Source of the DNA: Microcystis aeruginosa NIES-843
GTDB taxonomy: Bacteria; Cyanobacteriota; Cyanobacteriia; Cyanobacteriales; Microcystaceae
Direction of reading: 5' to 3'
Assembly: GCF_000010625.1 (NCBI RefSeq)
Contig: NC_010296.1
Span: 1,260,001-1,292,000 of the forward strand
Length of the DNA: 32,000 nt
The position numbers and the translations under genes were made by a program. Shown here in pieces: positions 1 to 8,585 of this stretch (positions are counted from its first letter, which is position 1; every line of letters begins with the position of its first letter). The notes under the pieces are model-generated. The model did not search any database. It was not told where the DNA came from and saw only the letters and a program-made list of their open reading frames with translations.

Positions 1-288
1 AAGATAATTCAGGTCAGTTAAAACTGCATTTCTTTGACAAAGTTTAGCCTCTAAACCCACCGTACCAGAACCAGCAAAAGGATCGATAATCCAATCATCC
101 TTTTTGGTGTAATTATCAAGACAAAATCTCACCACTTGGGGAATAAATTTGGCAGGATAATAATAGATGCCATGGGTTAGATAACTGGTGCTGGTGATTT
201 CTGGTACTAAATCTCGAAAAGAAACTAATCGCGGGGTTCCCCGATTAAATTCTTCTAAATTATTAAAATCGAAAAGTTCTAACTGCAT
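1..288 (-). CDS. DNA methyltransferase, N-terminal 96 codons (gene continues past the left edge)
   Basis: Edge-truncated, so absent from the ORF track. Reverse-strand ATG at 286-288, open to position 1. My translation is [96 protein letters not shown]. It carries YPAKFIPQ and DPFAGSGT (AdoMet-binding FxGxG motif I) near the N-terminus. Confidence 0.7.
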   Translation of the reverse strand, partial: MQLELFDFNNLEEFNRGTPRLVSFRDLVPEITSTSYLTHGIYYYPAKFIPQVVRFCLDNYTKKDDWIIDPFAGSGTVGLEAKLCQRNAVLTDLNYL

Positions 289-400
289 GATTCGGCTATC
301 AATTCTTCCTAGGGTAGGCCAGCCAATTAAAATAAAGATTAAAACCGTAGCTGATCAATATTCTAACTTATCGTCCCTTAACCTAACCGAGAACTCAACT

Positions 401-428
401 TTTTTACTTTTTACTTTTTACTTTTTAC
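401..428. repeat. Tandem heptamer array (TTTTTAC)x4
   Basis: Four perfect head-to-tail copies read directly at 401-428, about 50 nt upstream of the GTG at 478. The same heptamer occurs twice at 24533-24546, just upstream of the histidine kinase start. Confidence 0.9.
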
Positions 429-477
429 TTAACGTGATATACTGCCAGAGGAAAAAATGACGTTTTAATTAGTCTGC

Positions 478-1749
478 GTGAATAGCCAATCCTCGACGAT
501 CATAGAACAGGTTAGAGTCCTTGACCCCCTGACACAAACCGATCGCATTGCCGATGTCTGGATTGAGGAGGGGGTAATTAAAGCGATCGAATCTCAGCTT
601 CCCCCAAGAGAAAATAGTAACTATATTTCCGGTCAAAACTGTATTTTTGCTCCCGGATTAGTCGATCTCTACAGTCATTCTGGGGAACCCGGCCACGAGG
701 ACAGAGAAACCCTTGCATCTCTGATCCAAGCTGCCACGGCCGGAGGCTGCACCCGGTTGGCAATTCTCCCCAATACTCTCCCCCCCCTCGATCACCCCGC
801 ACTTATTAGCACATTACAGCAAAAAAGTCAAGGGTTTTTTGACTCAAAATCGACTCGTCTGCATTTTTGGGCAAGTCTCACCCTAGGAAGGCAAGGGCAA
901 AAAATGACGGAATTAGCCGATTTAATGCCTGTAGCGGTGGGTTTTACCGATAATCGCAGTCTGGAAGATTTGGGACTGTTGCGGCGCTTATTGGAATACC
1001 TAAAACCCTTCGGTAAAAATATCGCCCTTTCCCCCGTAAATCAGCAATTAAAGGGTAATGGAGTCATGCGTGAGGGAGAAACCTCGATTCGCTTCGGTTT
1101 ACCGGGGGATCCTGCTATTTCCGAAACCACTGCTTTAGCCACAATTTTAGAAATCGTCGGCGAAATTAATACACCTGTTCACCTAATGCGAATTTCTACC
1201 CGTCGAGGAGTGGAATTAATTCGCGAGGCAAAAATGCGGGGATTGCCGATAACCGCTAGTGTGACGTGGTTGCATCTGCTCTTAAATACAGGATCGATCG
1301 CCAGCTATCATCCCAGTTTACACCTCGCTCCACCCTTGGGCAACGAAAGCGATCGCAAGGCGTTAATTGCGGCAATTAAGGAGGGAATTATCGATGCAAT
1401 CGCGATCGATCATCGTCCCTATACCTACGAAGAAAAAACCGTCTCTTTTGCAGAAGCACCCCCCGGCGCGATCGGGTTAGAATTAGCTTTACCGCTACTC
1501 TGGGAAAAATTAGTAATAACTGGGCAATTATCAGCTTTACAATTGTGGCAAGCGCTTAGTCTCAATCCCTGTCATTGTTTACAACAAAAACCGGCATCTC
1601 TCAACCCCGGTAATCCCGCAGAAGCAATTCTTTTTCATCCCCAAGCAAGCTGGAAAGTAACAGCAAATAATCTTCACTCCCTCAGTCACAATACTTTCTG
1701 GTTAAATCAAACAATTACGGGAAAAGTCTTAGAAATGTGGAATTTTTAA
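478..1749 (+). CDS. Dihydroorotase-like amidohydrolase (type-I DHOase fold, probably PyrC-prime-like with a degenerate metal site)
   Basis: 423-aa ORF with GTG start. PGLVDLYSHSGEPGHEDRETLASLIQAATAGGCTRLAILPNTLPPLD matches by eye the DHOase N-terminal block (typically DLHVHLREPG...MPNT.P). AIAIDHRPYT matches the C-terminal DHxPH block. The first His of the HxH pair is Tyr. Confidence 0.8.
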   Translation: MNSQSSTIIEQVRVLDPLTQTDRIADVWIEEGVIKAIESQLPPRENSNYISGQNCIFAPGLVDLYSHSGEPGHEDRETLASLIQAATAGGCTRLAILPNTLPPLDHPALISTLQQKSQGFFDSKSTRLHFWASLTLGRQGQKMTELADLMPVAVGFTDNRSLEDLGLLRRLLEYLKPFGKNIALSPVNQQLKGNGVMREGETSIRFGLPGDPAISETTALATILEIVGEINTPVHLMRISTRRGVELIREAKMRGLPITASVTWLHLLLNTGSIASYHPSLHLAPPLGNESDRKALIAAIKEGIIDAIAIDHRPYTYEEKTVSFAEAPPGAIGLELALPLLWEKLVITGQLSALQLWQALSLNPCHCLQQKPASLNPGNPAEAILFHPQASWKVTANNLHSLSHNTFWLNQTITGKVLEMWNF

Positions 1750-1833
1750 AGGGTGGCCAATTTCTATCTTGAGACTCTCCTAGTTTTTTGGATAATGATC
1801 AGCTAGAATTCTAGAGAAAACTAGAGTAATGAC

Positions 1834-3000
1834 ATGGAAAAAGAACTGGTATCGGAAAAGCGCGGTTATCTGCTTCGCACGGTGGCAGAAGCTAAAGAAA
1901 TTGTCCTTAATTGGTTGCGAGAAATAAATTTAGTTAATGCGATTAAATTAGGTTTACCAGAAGTGGATGACAGATATCATATTTGGCGAATTCCTCTATG
2001 TAATGAACAGAAAAAAACCGTTGGGGAAGTGGTGATAGATGCCTACACCACCGAAATTTTAGCCGATAGGACAACCCGCACTGAAATTATTATCGCTCGT
2101 CTGTTAAAACAGGATGAATCTAAATTAGAAAACCGCAAGAAAACCAAAAAAGAATACAAGCTTTCTTCTCTGAGAAATACGATCGGATTTGGTGATTGTA
2201 GTGAACTTTTGGAGGAAATGCCCGCAGAAAGTGTTGATTTAATCTTTACCTCACCACCCTATTTTAATGCTCGCCCGGAATATTCGGAATTTGAAGAATA
2301 CGAAACCTATCTATTGAAGCTGCGACAGGTGATCAGAAAATGCCATCGAGTTTTGAGTGAAGGACGTTTTTTTGTCATTAATATTTCTCCCGTGCTGTTG
2401 CGTCGTGCTTCCCGTAATCAAGCTTCTAAACGTATTGCTGTCCCCTTTGATTTGCATCGAATTTTTGTTGAGGAAGGTTACGATTTTATTGATGATATTA
2501 TTTGGCTAAAACCAGAGGGAGCAGGGTGGGCAACTGGTAGAGGGCGCAGATTTGCCGCCGATCGCAATCCTCTCCAATACAAAACTGTGCCGGTGACTGA
2601 ATACGTTTTAGTCTATCGTAAACACACGGATTTACTCATCGATTGGCATATTCGTAATCATCCAGATCAAGAAGTAGTAAAAGCCTCAAAAATTGCCGAT
2701 GGTTATGAACGCACTAATGTCTGGAAAATTAACCCAGTCACTAACTCAAAACATCCCGCCGCTTTTCCCGTAGAATTGGCAGAAAAAGTGATTACCTATT
2801 ACTCTTTTAAAGGTGATGTGGTTTTAGATCCCTTTGCTGGTTCAGGAACCGTGGGACTAGCGGCCGCTTCTTTAGATAGACGTTTTGTTTTATTCGAGAG
2901 TAATTTTAATTATATTGAACTGATACGAAAGCTAATTACTGAAGGCAATAAGACTGATTTAGACTCAGTTATTTTGCTTAATTGTCCGTTAGAAAACTAA
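1834..3000 (+). CDS. Beta-class N4-cytosine/N6-adenine DNA methyltransferase with an extra ~115-aa N-terminal domain
   Basis: 388-aa ORF. Catalytic motif [12 protein letters not shown] lies ahead of AdoMet motif [13 protein letters not shown] near the C-terminus, which is the circularly permuted beta-class order. [16 protein letters not shown] is the typical start of such enzymes, so residues 1-115 are additional. Confidence 0.85.
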   Translation: MEKELVSEKRGYLLRTVAEAKEIVLNWLREINLVNAIKLGLPEVDDRYHIWRIPLCNEQKKTVGEVVIDAYTTEILADRTTRTEIIIARLLKQDESKLENRKKTKKEYKLSSLRNTIGFGDCSELLEEMPAESVDLIFTSPPYFNARPEYSEFEEYETYLLKLRQVIRKCHRVLSEGRFFVINISPVLLRRASRNQASKRIAVPFDLHRIFVEEGYDFIDDIIWLKPEGAGWATGRGRRFAADRNPLQYKTVPVTEYVLVYRKHTDLLIDWHIRNHPDQEVVKASKIADGYERTNVWKINPVTNSKHPAAFPVELAEKVITYYSFKGDVVLDPFAGSGTVGLAAASLDRRFVLFESNFNYIELIRKLITEGNKTDLDSVILLNCPLEN

Positions 3001-3002
3001 CA

Positions 3003-3593
3003 ATGAGCGAGGTAAACACCATGACAGCCAGTAAAAGTCACGCTTATTTTACTCCAAAAGACTATCTGGAAATAGAGAAAATTAGTCCCATTAAACATGA
3101 ATATATGCAAGGGCAAATCTTGGCGATGGCGGGGGCCAGTAAAGCCCATGTTATCATCACAGGTAATCTTTCAGCCCAATTAATTAATCATTTACGGGGT
3201 AGTGGTTGTCTTGCCTACGCTACCGATATGAAAGTGCGTCTCCCTAGCTTAAATATCTTCTATTATCCCGATTTTGCCATTACTTGTGACCAACGAGATC
3301 GAGTTTCCCAGGAAGATTTTATCCTGCATCCGCGAGTGATTATCGAGGTTTTATCCGACTCCACGGCAGCCTTTGATAGAGGCGATAAATTTGCCGATTA
3401 TCAAACTATCCCTGAATTAGAGGAATATCTATTGATCGAGCAAAAACAAGTCCTAATCGAACAATATCAACGTCAATCTAATAACCTCTGGATTCCCCAT
3501 ATTTATCACGCGGGAGATTTAATCACTATTAACTGTATTAACTTTTCTTGTCCGATAGAAATTCTTTATCAAAACCTAGAAATTCTTAGCTAG
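3003..3593 (+). CDS. Uma2 family (DUF820) PD-(D/E)xK-fold putative endonuclease
   Basis: Family-typical blocks are HEYMQGQILAMAGASKAHVIITGNL, YYPDFAITCD and PRVIIEVLSDSTAAFDRGDKFADYQTIPELEEYLLIEQ. The ORF track starts at TTG 2982, overlapping the methyltransferase. ATG 3003 (2 nt after the TAA at 2998-3000) or ATG 3021 is the more likely start. Confidence 0.8.
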   Translation: MSEVNTMTASKSHAYFTPKDYLEIEKISPIKHEYMQGQILAMAGASKAHVIITGNLSAQLINHLRGSGCLAYATDMKVRLPSLNIFYYPDFAITCDQRDRVSQEDFILHPRVIIEVLSDSTAAFDRGDKFADYQTIPELEEYLLIEQKQVLIEQYQRQSNNLWIPHIYHAGDLITINCINFSCPIEILYQNLEILS

Positions 3594-3679
3594 AATCTTG
3601 GCCGTAAAAATAGTCAAATGGGGTCAGGTATTATAGGAGAAATTTGCCCTATTTCCTAACCCCCCAACAACTTAGATAA

Positions 3680-5104
3680 TTAACCCCTTTGTCGAGTATT
3701 GATCACCTCACCGGCTGCATTAACTAACTCTAGCTGTAGCGGCATTTGTCCCATAGCGTGAGTGGAACAACTTAAACAGGGATCATAGCAACGAATACCC
3801 GCTTCCACCCGGTTTAACATCGCTTCGGGAATTTCGCCACCATGGATATAATGTTGGGCGATTTGTTTCACCGTTTGATTCATGGCCAAATTATTATTAC
3901 CCGTGGCAATAATCAAATTCACCGTTTCAATCAAACCATTTTCATCCACTTTATAATCATGGAATAAAGTACCCCGGGGCGCTTCACTAACTCCCACCCC
4001 TTGCAGATTATTAATTCCTGCTTCGGCGCGGCAGCGTGGAGAAACTATATCGGGATCGTCGATTAAAAGTTCGATACGCTCTAAACAGCCTAAAATCTCC
4101 ACTAATCGGGCATAATGATAGTAAAAAGAAGAGGTGGCTACACCACCGACCCGATGGCGATATTCCCGTAACTCGATATCCGCTCCCTCCGTGCCAAAAT
4201 GGGAACAAACATTTAAGCGCGCCAACGGACCAACCCGATAGATACCGTTGGGATAACCGAGGGGTTTATAGTAGGGAAACTTTAAATAAGACCATTTTTC
4301 TACTGATTCGCCGATATAATCGCGATAATTGTCTTCGCTGAGGTTATCGGCCACAATATTGCCTTGACTATCGGTAAAACGAATATGACCGCCGTAGTGT
4401 TCCCACTCGTCCCGTTTACCGACCAATCCCATAAACAGGGAAGGGAAATTACCAAAAGCGGCGATTTCTGTGGTTAAATTGTCTAGAAGTCCTTTAAATA
4501 GGTTTAAGGCCGTGTAAAGAGTCGCTTTAGACTCCGGCAGTCGTTCTTTAATCCATTGTCGCCCTTCTTCGCTCAGGGGAGAACGCACACCTCCCGGGAC
4601 AGACCAAGCGGGGTGAATTTTTTTTGCTCCCAAAAGTTCAATAACTTTCTGTCCAAATTGACGTAAACGGATGCCCGCTCGCGCTAGGTCGGGATCGGCG
4701 GCGATTAAACCGAAAATATTCCGTTTAGCGGCGTCACTTTCCCAACCAAGCAGAAAATCGGGACTGCTAAGATGGAAAAAGCTTAAAGCATGGGATTGGG
4801 TTAACTGTCCCAAATTCATCAAGCGCCGCAGTTTTTCCCCCGCGGGGGGGATTTGCACCGCTAGAATTTTATCACCAGTTTTGGCGGCACAAAGTAGGTG
4901 ACTAACGGGGCAAATGCCGCAAATTCGGGCAGTAATTCCCGCCATCTCCCACATCGGCCGTCCCTCGCAGAATTTCTCGAAACCGCGATACTCGACCACA
5001 TGAAAACGCACGTCATCCACTTCCCCCCCATCGTCAAGGAAAATCGAGATCTTGGCATGGCCTTCGATCCGGGTGACGGGATCGATAACGACGGTTTTAG
5101 TCAT
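3680..5104 (-). CDS. hoxH: Bidirectional [NiFe] hydrogenase large subunit HoxH
   Basis: 474 aa. N-terminal RIEGH and [10 protein letters not shown] and C-terminal DPCLSCSTH Ni-Fe ligand motifs. These are followed by a 25-aa tail ([25 protein letters not shown]) of the kind removed by the maturation endopeptidase. A GAGGA lies 6 nt upstream of the ATG. Confidence 0.93.
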   Translation of the reverse strand: MTKTVVIDPVTRIEGHAKISIFLDDGGEVDDVRFHVVEYRGFEKFCEGRPMWEMAGITARICGICPVSHLLCAAKTGDKILAVQIPPAGEKLRRLMNLGQLTQSHALSFFHLSSPDFLLGWESDAAKRNIFGLIAADPDLARAGIRLRQFGQKVIELLGAKKIHPAWSVPGGVRSPLSEEGRQWIKERLPESKATLYTALNLFKGLLDNLTTEIAAFGNFPSLFMGLVGKRDEWEHYGGHIRFTDSQGNIVADNLSEDNYRDYIGESVEKWSYLKFPYYKPLGYPNGIYRVGPLARLNVCSHFGTEGADIELREYRHRVGGVATSSFYYHYARLVEILGCLERIELLIDDPDIVSPRCRAEAGINNLQGVGVSEAPRGTLFHDYKVDENGLIETVNLIIATGNNNLAMNQTVKQIAQHYIHGGEIPEAMLNRVEAGIRCYDPCLSCSTHAMGQMPLQLELVNAAGEVINTRQRG

Positions 5105-5806
5105 AGTAAGTCCTCATTGTTCAGGAGTTCCACAGAACGGTATTGTGGAGAGTGCGATCGAGCTTGGTTTAGACGATAATTTATCCCGATCTCCGCCCTG
5201 CTGTCTCTATGATAGTTATTACCCCCCTAGCAATCCTAATTTTTATAACAATTTTTCCCGATTCTCAATCGCGGCTAATTTGGCATTTTGTAGCAAATAC
5301 TACAGAAAATAGTTCGGAAATCCGCAATGATTATCTCTCCCTTTGCTGGTGTTGATCGGTCATTATATATATAGAAGTCGGTTCTCGTCTGTTAGTTTTC
5401 AGCCTGGTTCTGCTTTGCTCTCAAAGCTGAGGGCGAAAGGGTCGAAAGTCGGCCAGATTGTTTACAGCTAATCGGGAAAATAACCTTTTTGTCCTGTAAT
5501 CTTACCTAACAGTATCAGCGGCACTGCCGAGGATTCAGGAAAAAGCGACCCAAAAACAAGCGATTGTAGTTGATAGTCCTACACTATAATACTTTTGTTC
5601 TGGATGTTGAGAAAAAAGCATAAACTTAACATCATACCAAAGAATGAATTAACTTTGAACCTTTAGGGGATTGCCCGCGTCTAAAAGCGCAGGATACAAT
5701 CAAAGAAATTCCGATCAAACTCATACCGACTTCAGATAAGCCAGACTCACCCGCGAGTCGGAATAGTAACAGACTTTTTCTGTGTCAAGGAGTCACCACC
5801 AAACCA

Positions 5807-6793
5807 ATGCCCACCGCAAAAACCAACCAAACTCAATCACAGCCCACCCTCAATGCCGATATGGTGCGTACCTATCTGCACGAAATTGGGCGAGTTCCCC
5901 TCCTAACTCACGAACAAGAAATTATTTACGGCAAACAAGTCCAACGGATGATGAGCCTGTTAGAAACGAAAGAAGCACTATCGAAGCAATTAGGACGGGA
6001 ACCAGATCGCTTGGAGTGGGCGGATTCGGTGAATTTAAGCGAAAATGAACTGGATCGCGCCTTGAAAACCGGCGATCGAGCTAAACGGAAAATGATTGAA
6101 GCTAACCTCCGCTTGGTGGTTGCGATCGCCAAAAAATATCAAAAGCGGAACATGGAATTCCTAGATCTAATTCAAGAGGGTAGTCTGGGATTAGAAAGAG
6201 GTGTAGAGAAATTTGATCCCACCAAAGGTTATAAATTTTCTACCTATGCTTACTGGTGGATTCGACAAGCAATTACTCGTGCGATCGCTCAACAGGCCCG
6301 CACCATTCGTTTACCCATCCATATCACCGAAAAACTGAATAAAATCAAAAGAACCCAGCGCGAACTCGCCCAAAAACTGGGGAGAAGTGCCACTCCTGCC
6401 GAGATTGCCCTGGAATTAGAGCTAGAACCCGCTCAAATCCGCGAATATCTCAGTATGGCCCGTCAACCCATCTCCCTTGATGTGCGCGTCGGCGATAACC
6501 AAGATACGGAATTGTCGGAATTATTAGAAGATAGCGGAGTGTCTCCCGATACCTTCATCACCCAAGAATTATTACGGCAAGACTTAGCCAATCTCCTGGC
6601 CGAATTAACTCCCCAACAACGGGAAGTGATTACTCTCCGTTTCGGTTTAACCGATGGCAAAGAGTTATCCCTAGCCAAAATTGGTCAGAGAATGAACATC
6701 AGTCGGGAACGAGTGCGACAATTAGAACACCAGGCCCTGGCTCATTTACGCCGTCGCCGGGCCAACGTCAAGGAATATATTGTCGCTAGTTAG
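5807..6793 (+). CDS. Group-2 sigma-70 family RNA polymerase sigma factor (SigB/SigD-like)
   Basis: 328 aa. Region 2 is [14 protein letters not shown]...[41 protein letters not shown]. Region 3 is [16 protein letters not shown]. Region 4.2 is [24 protein letters not shown]. The short N-terminus lacks a long region 1.1. AAGGAG at 5787-5792. Confidence 0.93.
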   Translation: MPTAKTNQTQSQPTLNADMVRTYLHEIGRVPLLTHEQEIIYGKQVQRMMSLLETKEALSKQLGREPDRLEWADSVNLSENELDRALKTGDRAKRKMIEANLRLVVAIAKKYQKRNMEFLDLIQEGSLGLERGVEKFDPTKGYKFSTYAYWWIRQAITRAIAQQARTIRLPIHITEKLNKIKRTQRELAQKLGRSATPAEIALELELEPAQIREYLSMARQPISLDVRVGDNQDTELSELLEDSGVSPDTFITQELLRQDLANLLAELTPQQREVITLRFGLTDGKELSLAKIGQRMNISRERVRQLEHQALAHLRRRRANVKEYIVAS

Positions 6794-6811
6794 TAAAATT
6801 AGCCAATAATC

Positions 6812-6841
6812 AAAAAGGAGAGCTTGCGCTCTCTTTTTTTT
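6812..6841 (+). terminator. Rho-independent terminator after the sigma factor gene (A-tract on the 5' side, so possibly bidirectional)
   Basis: Stem GAGAGC (6818-6823), loop TTGC, stem GCTCTC (6828-6833), then T8 (6834-6841). Preceded by A5 (6812-6816). It starts 19 nt after the TAG stop. Confidence 0.75.
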
Positions 6842-7286
6842 GGTTTTATTAACTAATCTTAACAAAAAAAAGGGGGAATTCTTCAAGTTTCGTTAACTGC
6901 AAGATCGATACAATGTTAATTTTTATGTCAATTGCAATCCGTCTTGACAAAATCTTTAAAAATATGTCCAACTTTGTAGAAAAAATCTGGGTAGCTTTGT
7001 CAACTTTTGTCCATTTTTCTTCATAAAATACACCCAAAAAAGACTTAAATTTAAACCAAAAAATACATGAATCCGCTTGATTTTAAAAATACAATTATCT
7101 ATACTTCAGGCAAGTTGAGTGAGAAATATTTAAGGAATAAATTGAGTCCTTAAATCTCTTTGTCTGACCATTGAAATAAACAGATGACTGGCGTATAAAC
7201 CAGACTCAACTCTTGGCAGGGTAAGAGCATCTTCTTTGTAAGCGATTCCGCTTTAATTGGACACAAAAATCATTAAGGAGATAGTT

Positions 7287-8534
7287 ATGATGAATGAAAA
7301 ATATGGCTCTTCTGGGCGAGTGAGTCACTCAATCAAGATCGCTCTAGGTTTTGCTCTAGCCGGTGCCGTTGCTTTCCCGGCAGCAACTCAGGCCGCGACT
7401 AATGCCCAAAAACAAGCGGCGATCGATTCTGGCTTGGCCTGGCTGGTAACCCAACAGCAAGCTAATGGGAAGTGGATTTACAACGGAGGTAGTGGAGATG
7501 TTGCCGCAACTGGCGCTGCCCTGCTGGCATTTATCGAGGAGGGAAACACCCCGACATCGGGAACCTATAGCACGAATGTGACTAACGGACTGAATTACCT
7601 GTTCAGCAACGCCCAAAGTGCGGGTGTGGGGCTGAGGTTCGGTCCCAACGATAACAATCAGGTTTACAACACGGGGTTAGTCCTGCCTGCTATTATCAAG
7701 GCGGCTCCCCTGAGTACGGTGATTAGCTCGACAAACCCCCTCGTCAACGGCAAAACCTATGGCCAGGTGGTTCAGTCGGCGATCGATTACCTGGCTGACG
7801 CACAGAATGACACTGGCACTGGGGGTTATGCTGGCGGCTGGCGCTATACGCCCAACTATGGCAGTTCCGATAACTCGGTCTCCCAATGGCCGGCCCTGGC
7901 AGGGTTGTATGCTCAAGGGGCAGGTATTACCTGGCCTACCAGTGTGAAGAATCTGCAACTGAACTGGATCGACTACAGCCAGAATGACACGACGGGCGGC
8001 TTGGGCTATACTGATCCTAACAGTACAACTCCCCTGCGGACGGGATCGGGATTGGTACAGATGTCCGCTGCTGGCCTAGGTACTAGCAGTTCCCGCGTCC
8101 AGAATGCCCTAACCTATATCAACAATAATTGGCAAACCTTTGGAACTACTGGTACTTTTGGCGACTACTACGGTATGTGGGCAGTCTATAAGGGGTTAGA
8201 AAGCACTATCGGCCTGGACGATACGACCACAATTACTAACCTCTACGGTCAGGGAACGAATCTCCTCGATCCTGGGAGTACCTGGAACTGGTGGGAGGAA
8301 TTTTCCCAATACCTTGTTGACAACCAAAACGGTTCTGATTATTGGTCTGGCGGCTCCTATGGCACTGCGCCTATGCAAACAGCCTGGGCGATTAATATGC
8401 TGCAAGCAACCCAGATCCCAGGACCGGAACCTGAAAAAGTTCCTGAACCTACTTCAGTCTTAGGCTTACTTGCCATCGGTGCTTTGGGTGCAGGTTCGGC
8501 TTTGACGCGCAAATTATTAAAGAGGGTCTGCTGA
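7287..8534 (+). CDS. Secreted PEP-CTERM-anchored protein with a prenyltransferase/terpene-cyclase-like (alpha/alpha-toroid) repeat body
   Basis: C-terminus is VPEPTSVLGLLAIGALGAGSALTRKLLKRVC, i.e. a PEP motif, a hydrophobic helix and a basic tail. N-terminal signal peptide is ALGFALAGAVAFPAATQAA. Body blocks (AIDSGLAWLVTQQQANGKW, GGWRYTPNYGSSDNSVSQW) resemble squalene-cyclase-type repeats from memory. AAGGAG at 7275-7280 favours ATG 7287 over the track start at TTG 7257. Confidence 0.72.
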   Translation: MMNEKYGSSGRVSHSIKIALGFALAGAVAFPAATQAATNAQKQAAIDSGLAWLVTQQQANGKWIYNGGSGDVAATGAALLAFIEEGNTPTSGTYSTNVTNGLNYLFSNAQSAGVGLRFGPNDNNQVYNTGLVLPAIIKAAPLSTVISSTNPLVNGKTYGQVVQSAIDYLADAQNDTGTGGYAGGWRYTPNYGSSDNSVSQWPALAGLYAQGAGITWPTSVKNLQLNWIDYSQNDTTGGLGYTDPNSTTPLRTGSGLVQMSAAGLGTSSSRVQNALTYINNNWQTFGTTGTFGDYYGMWAVYKGLESTIGLDDTTTITNLYGQGTNLLDPGSTWNWWEEFSQYLVDNQNGSDYWSGGSYGTAPMQTAWAINMLQATQIPGPEPEKVPEPTSVLGLLAIGALGAGSALTRKLLKRVC

Positions 8535-8548
8535 AAAAGTTTTTCCTA

Positions 8549-8585
8549 GGGGCAGGGTGTAGGGTGTGGGGTGTGGGGTGTGGGG
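8549..8585 (+). repeat. G-rich heptamer array (GGGTGT[A/G] units), six G3-4 tracts
   Basis: Read directly: GGGGCAGGGTGTAGGGTGTGGGGTGTGGGGTGTGGGG, starting 15 nt after the PEP-CTERM gene stop. It is followed by a 7-bp hairpin, TTTACCC (8587-8593) / GGGTAAA (8603-8609). Confidence 0.85.

Noticed and set aside
188-460. 90-aa plus-strand ORF
   Set aside because: Its first 100 nt are antisense to the motif-bearing methyltransferase N-terminus (1-288, minus). The rest runs through the TTTTTAC repeat array (FLLFTFYFLL is repeat-encoded). It has a GTG start and no motifs.
2982-3002. TTG start for the Uma2 gene overlapping the methyltransferase 3' end
   Set aside because: It is possible, but ATG 3003 or ATG 3021 gives a protein beginning where family members usually begin. 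The TTG extension (MSVRKLT) has no support. The tight-coupling conclusion is unaffected either way.
5105-5200. Search for a LexA-type palindrome upstream of hoxH
   Set aside because: Only a direct GTTC-N4-GTTC (within CATTGTTCAGGAGTTCC) and an AGAAC half-site were seen. There is no convincing AGTAC-N4-GTTCT-like palindrome.
4011-5312. Several 65-101-aa ORFs overlapping hoxH on both strands, and an 86-aa ORF at 5052-5312
   Set aside because: These are alternative or antisense frames of the well-supported hoxH gene. The 5052-5312 ORF starts inside hoxH antisense and has a composition-driven sequence without motifs.
5562-5590. Perfect TATAAT at 5585-5590 as the sigma-factor promoter
   Set aside because: The best -35-like hexamers are poorly placed: TTGTAG has a 15-nt spacer and TTGATA a 9-nt spacer. 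I cannot call a promoter from sequence alone, so it needs TSS mapping.
6849-7037. 62-aa minus-strand ORF in the AT-rich spacer
   Set aside because: Its Lys/Ile/Phe-rich composition mirrors the AT-rich DNA. It has no RBS, no motif, and sits in a probable promoter region.
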